From: Nitrosopumilus sp.
Lineage (GTDB): Archaea; Thermoproteota; Nitrososphaeria; Nitrososphaerales; Nitrosopumilaceae
NCBI GenBank assembly: GCA_965206745.1
Contig: OZ242220.1
Span: 1,376,001-1,440,000, forward strand
DNA length: 64,000 bases
Direction: 5' to 3'
Of the stretch, positions 9,951 through 20,313 are shown piece after piece; position 1 is the stretch's first letter, and each line of letters begins with the position of its first letter. The notes under the pieces are model-generated. The model saw nothing but the letters and a program-made list of their open reading frames with translations. It made no database searches and was not told the origin of the DNA. The position numbers were made by a program, and so were the translations under genes.

Positions 9951-11129
9951 TCACGGGATAGTAACCAAAGTAGACATTGTCGTGGATAGAACAGTCGGAT
10001 CATCAACTGAGCTCCAAACAAAAGTTTCAATTTCATAGGTGCCAGATTTTTCTGGGACCCACAATTGAGAGAGATCTAAACTTTGTTTAGGAGAGATTTC
10101 TCCTTGAACCCATGAGAGTGATTCAACGACATTCTCATCATTTTTCACCTGTAACATATAGACGAATTTCTGTGCAAAATCATGATCGTTTGAAATGATT
10201 CCAACTATGTGTATTTGAGAGTTTTGTGAAAAGGATTCTAAAGCATTGCCAAGCCCGTCTGAAAAAGTGATTGGAAGGCTTTCAATTCGTTGAATTGGAG
10301 GAATGGACGAATCAGCAGAAGCACTAGTTTGAATTGCCAAACTATCTGATACAGAATAGGGTTGTGGCAGGGTGTAATCGTCATATTTGGCAAAAAGTTC
10401 ATCACCGGGAAGAGAGTAAAGTCTATTCCCACTTGAGTGGGAATTCTGAGATAGTGAAACAGTTGCGATAAAAGAACCTGAACCCGCAGATGTCTCCACA
10501 GCATTGACTTGAATTCCTGCGACATCAGAGTCAGAAAATAGTTGGACGGGGAGATTATCTATGGATTCAGGATTTAGATTCATGTCAGCATCAACTATGC
10601 GGACCATCACAGAATCTTCCAAAAAGAGAACATCCTCAATGAAATTAACCGTTCCAACATTCCAGCTTACTGGAACCGATTCAACTAGGACGACCCCATC
10701 TGCAAACTCAAAGGATATAGTTATTGCAGAATCCCTATCAACTTCCAAGAACCCACTAGTAGGACCATTCCCAAGGGTTCTAGGAGTGGTGTCAAAATCA
10801 CCATCCCCATCAGCATCATGGCTAAAACCCGTCAGGGTCACCTCAGCAGTAAAGATTCCAGAGTTTGCATCAGTTTCAGTAAACCGATAAGGCTCAAGAG
10901 AGTTTTTAGATGTAGAAATTTTGATGGAGTGATCATCAGTGCCACCAATTGAATCAATCAAATGCCTATTGGAATTCCAGCTAGGAGCGACAACAGTGAT
11001 TGTCATCTTGTCAGTCCACGAATAAACTGGCTTGTCTGTAAAAATTGGAGAGTAGGGATTGTCATAGTCAGGCGGAGATTCTCCAAACGCCGGAAGCAGA
11101 ATCAAAGATAGCAACAGAGGATAAAGCAT
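9951..11129 (-). CDS. Secreted protein resembling the C-terminal domains of the thaumarchaeal S-layer protein
   Basis: Signal peptide. TDKPVYSWTDK, ETxxxSGxF and DxDMNLNPE motifs and the C-terminal FVWSSVDDPTVLS match my recollection of the Nitrosopumilus S-layer protein C-terminus. Confidence 0.7.
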   Translation of the reverse strand: MLYPLLLSLILLPAFGESPPDYDNPYSPIFTDKPVYSWTDKMTITVVAPSWNSNRHLIDSIGGTDDHSIKISTSKNSLEPYRFTETDANSGIFTAEVTLTGFSHDADGDGDFDTTPRTLGNGPTSGFLEVDRDSAITISFEFADGVVLVESVPVSWNVGTVNFIEDVLFLEDSVMVRIVDADMNLNPESIDNLPVQLFSDSDVAGIQVNAVETSAGSGSFIATVSLSQNSHSSGNRLYSLPGDELFAKYDDYTLPQPYSVSDSLAIQTSASADSSIPPIQRIESLPITFSDGLGNALESFSQNSQIHIVGIISNDHDFAQKFVYMLQVKNDENVVESLSWVQGEISPKQSLDLSQLWVPEKSGTYEIETFVWSSVDDPTVLSTTMSTLVTIP

Positions 11130-11173
11130 GTTGAAGATCAGGGATTCAATGAATTTATTGTTTGATGAGCAGA

Positions 11174-11404
11174 CTAGGGGTTGTCTTCAGGCATTGAAAC
11201 CAACAGGATGTTGTCTCCACGAAGCAATATTTTTCCAAGTTTCTCATGTTTTTCTTCAGAAACGTCCTCAGCATCATCCAATGTCAGATTCATGTGAATG
11301 TCAAAATCTTTGAGAATGCCTTGAATAACTTGGGTATTTCTCAATCGAAGTAGCACAACTTTGTCTTTATTGTTATTCATTAATGTAGAAATTTCATCTG
11401 CCAT
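11174..11404 (-). CDS. Sm-like (Lsm) protein
   Basis: Sm1 (GILKDFDIHMNLTLDDAE) and Sm2 (LLRGDNI) motifs. An AGGTGA Shine-Dalgarno-like motif precedes the ATG at 11404. Confidence 0.93.
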   Translation of the reverse strand: MADEISTLMNNNKDKVVLLRLRNTQVIQGILKDFDIHMNLTLDDAEDVSEEKHEKLGKILLRGDNILLVSMPEDNP

Positions 11405-11413
11405 AATTATCAC

Positions 11414-11530
11414 CTAACTATACTCCCATTTGCCCTTGCTTGTATGTGTAACGCGACAGTTTTCACATACTTGTTGGATGATAAAGGTAAAAGGAGCAAT
11501 TTTTCTACAACTCCAAGCTGATTTGGCCAT
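11414..11530 (-). CDS. Putative 38-aa Cys/His small protein
   Basis: ATG...TAG ORF MAKSAWSCRKIAPFTFIIQQVCENCRVTHTSKGKWEYS. Its stop overlaps the Lsm SD motif. Confidence 0.35.
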   Translation of the reverse strand: MAKSAWSCRKIAPFTFIIQQVCENCRVTHTSKGKWEYS

Positions 11531-11846
11531 ATTTAGCCATTTTCAAATGGTTCTCCTCATGTCTTGTACGTAAAGTAGCATTGTTTTTCATAGGCAACCT
11601 CCCCCGAGAACAGATATTCAGCATTCTGGAGGAGGAGAAATATCAGAAAGCAGGGATGCCATAAAGAATGAGCTTGACATGTAATAAGAAAACACTCGTC
11701 TTTCTTTGTCATGGTTGTATTTTCAAGCAGGATAGTTACAGATGCCAACGCTCTGTAATGTGACAAGCGCATCAGAATAGTATTTCCACATTCTTTGGAA
11801 TTTTCCTCAAACGAGAATAGATGAGTGCACGGAACTAGCGTACGAG

Positions 11847-14800
11847 TCACTTCTTTTTGGAGACTTGCATGTACAGGTCAACAGTACCGCTTCCGATTGG
11901 AATGTTACTGCCGACAATTACATTTTCAGTAATGCCTTTGAGTTGTTCAACTTCGCCACCTAGTGCAGCATGTGCAATTGTAGGAACTGTAATTTCAAAT
12001 GCCGCCCTTGCAAGAACACTGTCTTTAGTACCCGCAATCCCGTGTCTGCCAATTTGCTGCATGTATCCCCGGGAACACATCAAATCAGATACAAGCATGA
12101 TGTATCTGTTATCGACTTCCAATCCCTGGTCGCCCAAAGTGTGATTGAGTTCATTAATCAGTGAGTTTCTTGCAGCCTCAATTCCCAAGGTACCTGCAAT
12201 CTCAAAGACGTTGTTGGTCCTGACATTCTTTTTGTCAATGCCCTTTACCTCGAGTACTTTGGCAATATTAGAGCCTGTTGTTTGGATAACCCATTCGTCA
12301 TCCTTTTGAACTAGGGTGACCCGTTCAACATCTGGAACCCCTTTAACAGTAGTGTTGAGAACTTTGTTTCTAATTGCAATCACAGTTGCAGTATCAGCCT
12401 CATCTACCAAATTCAAGGTGATTAATTCGCCTGTAACTTCCATTTTGAATTTCTTATTTGATGAGAGTGCAGATTCCACTTCGGCAATAGAACAGCCTCT
12501 TTCATTGAGCCTGTTATTACTTATAATCAATTTGATGTTCGTGGAATAGTCTGTTTCAGTATCTGCAATCAATGCGCTAACCTTGGTCTGCAACACATTT
12601 CGTGCAACTTGAATCGCTTTTTCCCGAGATTTCTTTGATTCCTCGTCAAGATAGATATCCATAGTTGGAGTGACAGGTTTCTTTCTAGCATCAACTAGCT
12701 CAATCAACCTTGGAAGACCCAATGTTACGTTCCTTTCTTTAATTCCTGCAAAGTGAAAAGTTCTCAAGGTCATCTGGGTTCCGGGTTCGCCGATGGATTG
12801 TGCCGTGACAATTCCCACGGCTTGACCGGGTTCCACTTGGGCCTTGTTGTAAAGTGAGAGTCCCTTCTTACATACTGCCTCAACACCGTCTTTACTCAGA
12901 TTGGATTTATGTAAGGCATCAATTACAAGACGGGTCAATCTCGGATTAAATGTCTTGGTGTACTTTTTAGTCAATGTGTCAATCTCATCCTTGGTTGCCT
13001 TTTTTCCAGAGTCGATAATGGTTTGTGATTCGGCCAGTCTGCTAGCATTGAATGCCTCACCATGATCACTTTTTTGCACATCAATGCCGTCTTCGCCGTA
13101 TAGGAACTGAACGATATGGCCGTGTGGGTCTCTTACAGTTCCATCATACTCCAATCTAATGTGCTCTAATGCGTTAATCAGTCTGCGCTGCATGTAACCG
13201 CTCTGTTGTGTCCTAACTGCAGTATCTACCAGCCCTTCACGTCCACCCATTGCGTGGAAAAAGAACTCCAAGGCAGTAAGACCGGTTCTGTAATTTGACT
13301 TTACAAATCCGTGTGCGTCTGGATTGCTATCATGCTCTTTGTAATGTGTCAATGCACGATTGCTGTAACCATAACTCATTCTATTTCCCCTTCTTGATTG
13401 CTGACCCAAGGCACCGGCCATCTGACCTACGTTAAGTGCCGAACCTCTAGCTCCAGTTGTAGCCATGATTTTACCGGCATTGCCGTCATCAAGGGAATCA
13501 TTTGCAGTAGCTCCTGCCTTCTCCCTTGCCTTACCTAATTCATTAACAATATAGGCCTCCAAGGCCTCCTCAGCCTTCATGCCCCTTGTGAGTTTGAGGG
13601 TTCCTTTTTCATATTGATGGGTCAGATCAGATACGACATCATAAGTTCCCTGAATGTCATCTAGGATTTGCTGCACGTTCTTTTCTGGAACTTCAAGATC
13701 ACCATAGCCATAACTGAAGCCATAATGGGTGATGAACTGTTTTACCATGATAAGAATAGAGTTTAAGAAAGTCTTGCCAGCTGCGTTTCCATAGTCTTTT
13801 GTAATTCTGTGCAAAACACTTTCTGGCTCCTCAGCGCCGATTGACGTCTTGTCAATAACGCCACTGATTAGCTCACCGTTTTTGATTACAACATCTTTTT
13901 CTGGACCTTTTGTTCCCTTTGACCATTTTGATGTAAGGACATAGTTGAAGTCTTTTGGAAGGAATAATGAGAACAGCTGTTTTCCAGTATATGCAGGACC
14001 GTTTTTTGTTTTGGTTCCCGGTTTTGGAAGTGCGCCAGCATATCCGCCAAGCATTGCATAGTTTGAAAATTCTTGAATAGACAGAATGGTATCATCCTTG
14101 GTCAGCAGGTAAGCGCCAGTTACAAAGTCTCTGAGCGCCCCAATAATCGGACCTCCATATCTTGGGGAGATCAGCTGGTCTTGAACCCTCATCAAAAGAA
14201 TTGCTTCGGCTCTTGCCTCCTCACTTTGAGGAACGTGAAGGTTCATCTCATCACCATCAAAGTCTGCGTTGTATGGTGGACAGACAGAAGGATGCAGTCT
14301 GAAAGTTTTGCCAGGAAGCACCCTCACATAGTGGGCCATGATGGACATTTGGTGAAGTGATGGCTGTCTGTTGAACATGACAATATCGCCATCTGCAAGG
14401 TGTCTTTCGATCAGATATCCGATCTCTAGTGTTTCGGCAATTGTAGAACGGTCTTCTACGAAATCCAGTCTGATTTTTACACCGTCTGGTCGAACAATAT
14501 AGTTTACACCTGGGAATTTCTCAGGGCCGTTGATCACCAATTTTCTCATCCTCTCAATGTTCCATTCAGTAACAATTTCAGGAATGGTTAGTTTCATTGC
14601 AACTTGTTCTGGAACTCCAACTTCGGACAAATCCAAATTGGGATCAGGCGAGATTACAGTTCTGCTTGAAAAGTCAACCCTCTTTCCAGATAATGAGCCT
14701 CTGAACCTGCCTTCTTTTCCTTTTAGCCTCTGGGTCAAAGTTTTGAGTGGACGTCCAGAGCGATGGTGTGCTTGCGGGATTCCAGATACTTCGTTGTCAA

Positions 14801-15638
14801 AGTATGTTGTAGAGTGATACTGGAGCAAGTCAACTAAATCCTGAACAATTAATGGGGGGGTTCCTGCCTCCTTACTCTCCTTTAGCCTTTGATTGACTCT
14901 GATGATATCCACCATTTTGTGCGTCAAGTCATCTTCAGATCTAATCCCGGTTTCAAGAATGATCGAAGGTCTGACAGTCACAGGCGGAACAGGCAAGGCC
15001 TGCAGAATAAACCATTCTGGCCTTGCAGTGATTGGATCATAAGATAGCAGTTCCAGATCACCATCAAGAATTTGTGTGAATCTCTCCCTAATCGTAATTG
15101 GCAACAGTCTGTGCTCACCGATTTCGGTCTTTTCTACAAAGATGGTTGGTTTTGTAAAGACTAGCTCATATTGCGTTTTTCCACAATGAGGACATTCTTT
15201 AGCTTTTTTGGCCTTTTCAATGATTTGTTCCGGAATACGCTTTTGTGAAATTACGGTATAGGCAGCATGCTTGTCTTTAATTTTTTTGAATGCCAGTAGA
15301 TCTTCTTGCGGTACCTTGAGTCTTGCACATGAACGGCATGTTGATTGCAATAATTTGTAAATGTTATCAATAAATGCAATGTGTAAAATCGGTTCTGCAA
15401 GTTCGATGTGTCCAAAGTGTCCCGGACACCTTGCAGCAGTGTTTCCACAAGTGAGACATTTTTGTCCAGGCTCAAGGGTTCCCAATCTTCCATCCATAAG
15501 ACCCCCCTGTACAGGCATTCCGTCCTCATCATATGTCTCAGGGGCGGTAATCTCGGCTACAGAATATTTTCTGATTTCAGTTGGAGACCAGACTGAGAAT
15601 CGAATCCCATCAATTGCCTTAATTGCCTGAATGGACAT
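11847..15638 (-). CDS. rpoA1: DNA-directed RNA polymerase subunit A (unsplit A'+A'', Rpo1)
   Basis: NADFDGDEMN active site, followed in the same ORF by the A'' motifs AQSIGEPGTQMTL and ARAAFE. Confidence 0.98.
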   Translation of the reverse strand: MSIQAIKAIDGIRFSVWSPTEIRKYSVAEITAPETYDEDGMPVQGGLMDGRLGTLEPGQKCLTCGNTAARCPGHFGHIELAEPILHIAFIDNIYKLLQSTCRSCARLKVPQEDLLAFKKIKDKHAAYTVISQKRIPEQIIEKAKKAKECPHCGKTQYELVFTKPTIFVEKTEIGEHRLLPITIRERFTQILDGDLELLSYDPITARPEWFILQALPVPPVTVRPSIILETGIRSEDDLTHKMVDIIRVNQRLKESKEAGTPPLIVQDLVDLLQYHSTTYFDNEVSGIPQAHHRSGRPLKTLTQRLKGKEGRFRGSLSGKRVDFSSRTVISPDPNLDLSEVGVPEQVAMKLTIPEIVTEWNIERMRKLVINGPEKFPGVNYIVRPDGVKIRLDFVEDRSTIAETLEIGYLIERHLADGDIVMFNRQPSLHQMSIMAHYVRVLPGKTFRLHPSVCPPYNADFDGDEMNLHVPQSEEARAEAILLMRVQDQLISPRYGGPIIGALRDFVTGAYLLTKDDTILSIQEFSNYAMLGGYAGALPKPGTKTKNGPAYTGKQLFSLFLPKDFNYVLTSKWSKGTKGPEKDVVIKNGELISGVIDKTSIGAEEPESVLHRITKDYGNAAGKTFLNSILIMVKQFITHYGFSYGYGDLEVPEKNVQQILDDIQGTYDVVSDLTHQYEKGTLKLTRGMKAEEALEAYIVNELGKAREKAGATANDSLDDGNAGKIMATTGARGSALNVGQMAGALGQQSRRGNRMSYGYSNRALTHYKEHDSNPDAHGFVKSNYRTGLTALEFFFHAMGGREGLVDTAVRTQQSGYMQRRLINALEHIRLEYDGTVRDPHGHIVQFLYGEDGIDVQKSDHGEAFNASRLAESQTIIDSGKKATKDEIDTLTKKYTKTFNPRLTRLVIDALHKSNLSKDGVEAVCKKGLSLYNKAQVEPGQAVGIVTAQSIGEPGTQMTLRTFHFAGIKERNVTLGLPRLIELVDARKKPVTPTMDIYLDEESKKSREKAIQVARNVLQTKVSALIADTETDYSTNIKLIISNNRLNERGCSIAEVESALSSNKKFKMEVTGELITLNLVDEADTATVIAIRNKVLNTTVKGVPDVERVTLVQKDDEWVIQTTGSNIAKVLEVKGIDKKNVRTNNVFEIAGTLGIEAARNSLINELNHTLGDQGLEVDNRYIMLVSDLMCSRGYMQQIGRHGIAGTKDSVLARAAFEITVPTIAHAALGGEVEQLKGITENVIVGSNIPIGSGTVDLYMQVSKKK

Positions 15639-18600
15639 TAGATCTTCTCCTTGATCAGTAATCTTGGTGCAACGTTAAGACTTTGCATTTCTTGTAATAA
15701 TAGCTTAAACGCATATGCTACAGACACAGAGGATACCTTGGCTTTGTCACCGCAAACTCGGCAGACATACTTTCTCTGTTTGACATCATGATATGCCACC
15801 AATCCACACCTTTCACATACAAAAATATCAGACTTGTCAGATTCATCTAACAGCCTGTCTTTGAGAATCATCGATGCACCATAGGCAATCAAACAGTCCC
15901 TTTCCATCTCACCGAATCTCAATCCTCCACCCCTTGCTCTTCCTTCGGTGGGCTGCTTGGTTAACATCTGGACCTGTCCTCGAGCTCTTGCATGGATTTT
16001 GTCTGCAACCATATGATGCAGTTTCTGGTAATATACCACTCCAATGAAGACATCCACTGGGAATGATTTTCCAGTCCTCCCATCATACATTGTTTCCTTG
16101 CCAGAATATTCAAAACCGTGTGCATCCATTACTTCTTTGACTTCAGGCATCTTCTCTCCAACAAATGCAGAGCCGTCAAATCTTTTTCCACGTAATGCGG
16201 CTGCCTTGCCACAAACAGATTCCATCATCATGCCAACTGTCATTCTAGAAGGGAACGCATGCGGATTAATCAAGATATCAGGGGACACCCCATCTGCAGT
16301 ATATGGCAAATCTTCGGCTTTAGCTAAAATACCCAATACGCCTTTTTGGCCGTGCCTTGATGCAAATTTGTCACCAATTTCAGGAACTCTCATATCTCTT
16401 GCTCGAATCTTGTACATCTTTCCTCCTTCATTTGATTGAGTCATAACTACGGTGTCTATAACTCCGGTCTCAGAGGGTCTCACGCCAATTGAGGTATCTC
16501 GCCTGTATGGGCCAGAGGATTCAAATTCCCTGTACTCTTCCATAAATCTTGGAGGGCTGGTCTTTCCAATCAAAATATCTCCGCCCTTGACAGGGGATTC
16601 AGATGCAACCACACCGTCATCTTCAAGCAGTCTGTATGCACGCTCACCCTTGTAGCCTCTGATGTTATCCTCGGCATTTGGAATTTCAAAGGTATCGCGC
16701 ATTCCGCCCGGATACTGCTTTGCTTCAGCATCGTAAATTCTAAAGAAGAAGGTCCTGCCCAGTCCACGATCAACGGATGATTTGCTCAACACGATGGCAT
16801 CCTCGATGTTATAACCATCAAACGGCAATACTGCAACAATACAATTCTGTCCTGCAGGCCTGTCTTCCAATCCCAAAAGCTTCATTGCTTTTGTGTTGAC
16901 AATTGGAACCTGGGGATACAACATGAGGTGTTGTCGGACATAGGTACTGGTATTCATCATGGGTGTCGAAAATCCAAGACTTTGCTTGGCCATTGCAGAT
17001 TCGTAAGTGTTCCTCGGGGATTGGTTATGTTCAGGATATGGAATTATAGAAGCGCCTGCACCCAGTATTGATGGCGGGAACACCTCCAAGTGAGTGTGTT
17101 TCTTTGTGTCCTTTTCATCCAAAGTGACATAGCAATTTTCTTCCTCATTTGCGTCAATTACCTCCAATATTCCCATCCTCAAAAGATCGGTCCAAGAAAG
17201 TAGCTTTTTTGAAATCTTGTCTAGTAATTCTGCAGTCAGCAATGATTTGTTGTCTGTGATAATAATTAACGGGCGCAGCACCCTGCCTGCATTGCAGTTA
17301 ACATACAGCCTTCTTGTTGAGCCTTCAATCTCTGATTTGTGGAACGATACTCCAACGTGCGGATGAATTTTTGAGTTTCTTCTTAACTCCCTAAGGGACT
17401 GTGCTAACTCTCCACCATCCTTGGAATATCCAATTAATCTGCCATCGACGAAGATTCTAGTTCCGTCTTTTTTCAGATCCTCTTTTGCTTCAAAGAAATG
17501 AACGGTTCCAAGATCAAAGAGTTTTTCTATAATCTCTTCAGATGGGACATTTACTGAAATGATTCCAGAGAGGGCAAGATTCTTCACCAAACCACAGTTT
17601 GAGCCCTCTGGGGTCTCACTTGGACAGATTCGTCCAAAGTGAGTCGCATGCAGATCTCTTGCTTCAAAGTTTGGCTGGGTCCTACTCAGGGGGGATTGGA
17701 TTCTTCTAAGATGACTGATCGTTGAAAGATAGTTGGTTCGATCAAGTAGCTGGGTAACACCCACACGGCCCCTTCCCCAATTTCCGGTTGCAATTGCATT
17801 GTTTAGTTTGTCAGTAATGATGCCAGGACGAATTGCTGCGGCAACTGCATTGATTCCACGCTTTTGGCCAGAGCGCTCTAATTGATACTTCATATCCCTG
17901 ACCAGATTTCTAAATGCAGTTCTAAACAGATCTGCCAGCATTTGTCCTGCAAATTTGATTACCTTATTTCCATAATGATCTTTGTCGTCAGGGGCAATCC
18001 AGCCTAGTTTTAATTCCAATAACTTGCAAGCGGCCTCACCTAAGAATTGAGCCTTTTCTTTTCTGTTTTCAGGGTGTTTGCCCAGATGAGGCAAGAGTCC
18101 CCAATCCAGTAATGTCTCAGCCCGTTTTATCTGGAATTCCTCCAACATTCCAGGCGCAATTCTCTTACTGATATAGACAATGGCATCTTTTGAGGTTGGC
18201 ACGTCGCCAGCTTTTTCAAAAGAGCCTTCTAACTCATCCTGAATTTCATCAACCAATGAGACTACAGATGCGATTTCTCTATCGGATTCCAATCCAAGTG
18301 CCCTCATCAATGTGACGACAGGGATATCCACAGGAGAGCCAGGGATTCTTGCAACGATTAATCCGTCATTTTTCATCACAAGCTCTAGCTTTGCACGATA
18401 GCCTACAATCGAAGAATACACCTTAGCTTTGAAAACAATGTTTCCGCCCAGAGTCTCCCTATCAACAATTATTTTGTTGTATGAGAGATCCTCTAGTCCA
18501 ACAATTACACGTTCTGAACCATTGATGATAAAGTAACCGCCGGGATCACTTGGATCCTCCCCATGTTCAATTAGTTTTTGAGTGGAAAAATTATGCAAGA

Positions 18601-18985
18601 TGCATGCATTTGATTTTGCCATAACTGGTACATCGCCAATATGTACAAACTTTGATTCTAAAATTTTTCCATCCTCTACGACACTAGCTTCCATCATGAC
18701 CGGTGCTGAATAAGATACATTTCTCAGCCTTGCCTCAGCAGGGGTAATGTGGGTGATGGAACCGTCAAGCTCCATCATTCTGGGTTGTTGGAGTTTTACC
18801 TTGCCTAGTTGGATCTTGTAAGGATATTCTGCATTTTCAATATCAATTTGTGCAACCTCATTAATGATACTCTGAAGCCCTCTTTCTAGAAACTCATCAA
18901 ATGAATTTAGATGCTGACGTGCAATGCCCTCACGTTTTAAAATATCCTGAATTATCGGCCAGCGTTTAGTTGAAGGATGCACCAT
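15638..18985 (-). CDS. rpoB: DNA-directed RNA polymerase subunit B (unsplit)
   Basis: GDKFASRHGQKG and GLRFGEMERD motifs, C-terminal Zn ribbon. Confidence 0.98.
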   Translation of the reverse strand: MVHPSTKRWPIIQDILKREGIARQHLNSFDEFLERGLQSIINEVAQIDIENAEYPYKIQLGKVKLQQPRMMELDGSITHITPAEARLRNVSYSAPVMMEASVVEDGKILESKFVHIGDVPVMAKSNACILHNFSTQKLIEHGEDPSDPGGYFIINGSERVIVGLEDLSYNKIIVDRETLGGNIVFKAKVYSSIVGYRAKLELVMKNDGLIVARIPGSPVDIPVVTLMRALGLESDREIASVVSLVDEIQDELEGSFEKAGDVPTSKDAIVYISKRIAPGMLEEFQIKRAETLLDWGLLPHLGKHPENRKEKAQFLGEAACKLLELKLGWIAPDDKDHYGNKVIKFAGQMLADLFRTAFRNLVRDMKYQLERSGQKRGINAVAAAIRPGIITDKLNNAIATGNWGRGRVGVTQLLDRTNYLSTISHLRRIQSPLSRTQPNFEARDLHATHFGRICPSETPEGSNCGLVKNLALSGIISVNVPSEEIIEKLFDLGTVHFFEAKEDLKKDGTRIFVDGRLIGYSKDGGELAQSLRELRRNSKIHPHVGVSFHKSEIEGSTRRLYVNCNAGRVLRPLIIITDNKSLLTAELLDKISKKLLSWTDLLRMGILEVIDANEEENCYVTLDEKDTKKHTHLEVFPPSILGAGASIIPYPEHNQSPRNTYESAMAKQSLGFSTPMMNTSTYVRQHLMLYPQVPIVNTKAMKLLGLEDRPAGQNCIVAVLPFDGYNIEDAIVLSKSSVDRGLGRTFFFRIYDAEAKQYPGGMRDTFEIPNAEDNIRGYKGERAYRLLEDDGVVASESPVKGGDILIGKTSPPRFMEEYREFESSGPYRRDTSIGVRPSETGVIDTVVMTQSNEGGKMYKIRARDMRVPEIGDKFASRHGQKGVLGILAKAEDLPYTADGVSPDILINPHAFPSRMTVGMMMESVCGKAAALRGKRFDGSAFVGEKMPEVKEVMDAHGFEYSGKETMYDGRTGKSFPVDVFIGVVYYQKLHHMVADKIHARARGQVQMLTKQPTEGRARGGGLRFGEMERDCLIAYGASMILKDRLLDESDKSDIFVCERCGLVAYHDVKQRKYVCRVCGDKAKVSSVSVAYAFKLLLQEMQSLNVAPRLLIKEKI

Positions 18986-19236
18986 TAGATCTCCACCACA
19001 TATCGATAATAGAGACTTTCGCCAGCAGTTGAACTTGTTCTAGTGATCTTTATCATATCGCCAGGCTTTACGCCAAGTCCCAAAATTGCAGGATCGTTGG
19101 CAAAGATTAGGGGTAATTCGGTGGGCTTGCAGTTGTATTTTTTCAAAACTTCCTCAGCCTCGTGTTTGGCAATGATCTCATGCTTTGGAACATAGATATG
19201 ATCGGGCACTAAAACTTGGTTTTTCTTGATTGCCAT
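18985..19236 (-). CDS. rpoH: RNA polymerase subunit H (Rpo5)
   Basis: HIYVPKHEI, LPLIFANDPA and YYRYV motifs. Confidence 0.96.
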   Translation of the reverse strand: MAIKKNQVLVPDHIYVPKHEIIAKHEAEEVLKKYNCKPTELPLIFANDPAILGLGVKPGDMIKITRTSSTAGESLYYRYVVEI

Positions 19237-19416
19237 CTACAGAACCTCCACGTGAAACATTACATGTAACAGAAATAATACACACAAACTGTCAAAAATT
19301 CACGCTCGGGTTAATATATATGTAATTTGAATTTTGCCGAAAAAACTGTTTTTTTTTCTACTTTGTCAATAAATTTTTTCGCAACCTTAAATAGTAGAAA
19401 TTTAGGCGTAAAAACA

Positions 19417-20253
19417 ATGAAAGCTCATCTAACGGTGTTTGCCCTATCTGCAATTATGATTGCAAGTATGGGTTTAGCGCCTGCATTTGGACAGATTGTA
19501 AGCTCAATTGATGTTACTACGGACAAGTCTTCATACGAAGAAGGCGAGACAATCCTAGTAACAGGAACCGTAAGAGAACGATACTCTGGTACTCCAGTAA
19601 GCGTAATTGTTAAGGCTCCCAATGGGAATTTGGTGTATCTTGCACAACCCACAGTAGGAGATGATAAGAAATTCAGTGCTGAACTGACTGCTGGTGGAGG
19701 ACTAATGAAGGTGGAAGGCTCATACATAGTCGAAGTCCAGTATGGATCAGAAAATCGTTCGGCAGAGACAACATTTGCATATAGTGGATCTGAAGTACGA
19801 GTCCCAATCACATTCCCTCCAGGAGTGACGGATAAGACGATCAAAATCGACGGATCCGACGATCTGCTAACATATGAGATAATAGGAGGAAAAATAACAA
19901 GCATCGCGCCTTATGTGGAAGGAAATTCACTAGTCATAGGCATAGAGGCTACAGATGATGGTACATTAACCATCACAATCCCCAAATCAGTGTTAGTAGC
20001 AGAAACTGATGGTGTAGACGATAGCCTGATCATCTTAATTGACGATGAAGAAGGAGAATTTGATGAAGTAATAACATCAACAGGCAGAACGCTCACTATA
20101 CCATTCCCAGTAGGTTCTGAGACGATCGAAATCATCGGTACATGGGTGATTCCAGAATTTGGTACAATTGCAGCTATGATTCTAGCAGTGGCAATTATCT
20201 CGATAATTGCAATATCTGCAAGATCAAGACTTAGTATTATACCAAGATACTAA
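19417..20253 (+). CDS. PEFG-CTERM sorting-domain surface protein 1
   Basis: Signal peptide from ATG 19417 (TTAAATA at 19387-19393). C-terminal VIPEFG followed by a TM helix and basic tail. Confidence 0.88.
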   Translation: MKAHLTVFALSAIMIASMGLAPAFGQIVSSIDVTTDKSSYEEGETILVTGTVRERYSGTPVSVIVKAPNGNLVYLAQPTVGDDKKFSAELTAGGGLMKVEGSYIVEVQYGSENRSAETTFAYSGSEVRVPITFPPGVTDKTIKIDGSDDLLTYEIIGGKITSIAPYVEGNSLVIGIEATDDGTLTITIPKSVLVAETDGVDDSLIILIDDEEGEFDEVITSTGRTLTIPFPVGSETIEIIGTWVIPEFGTIAAMILAVAIISIIAISARSRLSIIPRY

Positions 20254-20313
20254 ATTTCATCTTTTTTCTATTTTTGAATATACATAAATAGCAATAATGT
20301 TGGTAAAAATCAG

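Noticed and set aside
11557-11850. 97-aa ORF after rpoA
   Set aside because: Atypical composition and no motif; more likely non-coding or decayed sequence.
11847-15638. Unsplit RpoA as a novelty
   Set aside because: This is a known trait of Nitrososphaerota and was used only as a taxonomic clue.
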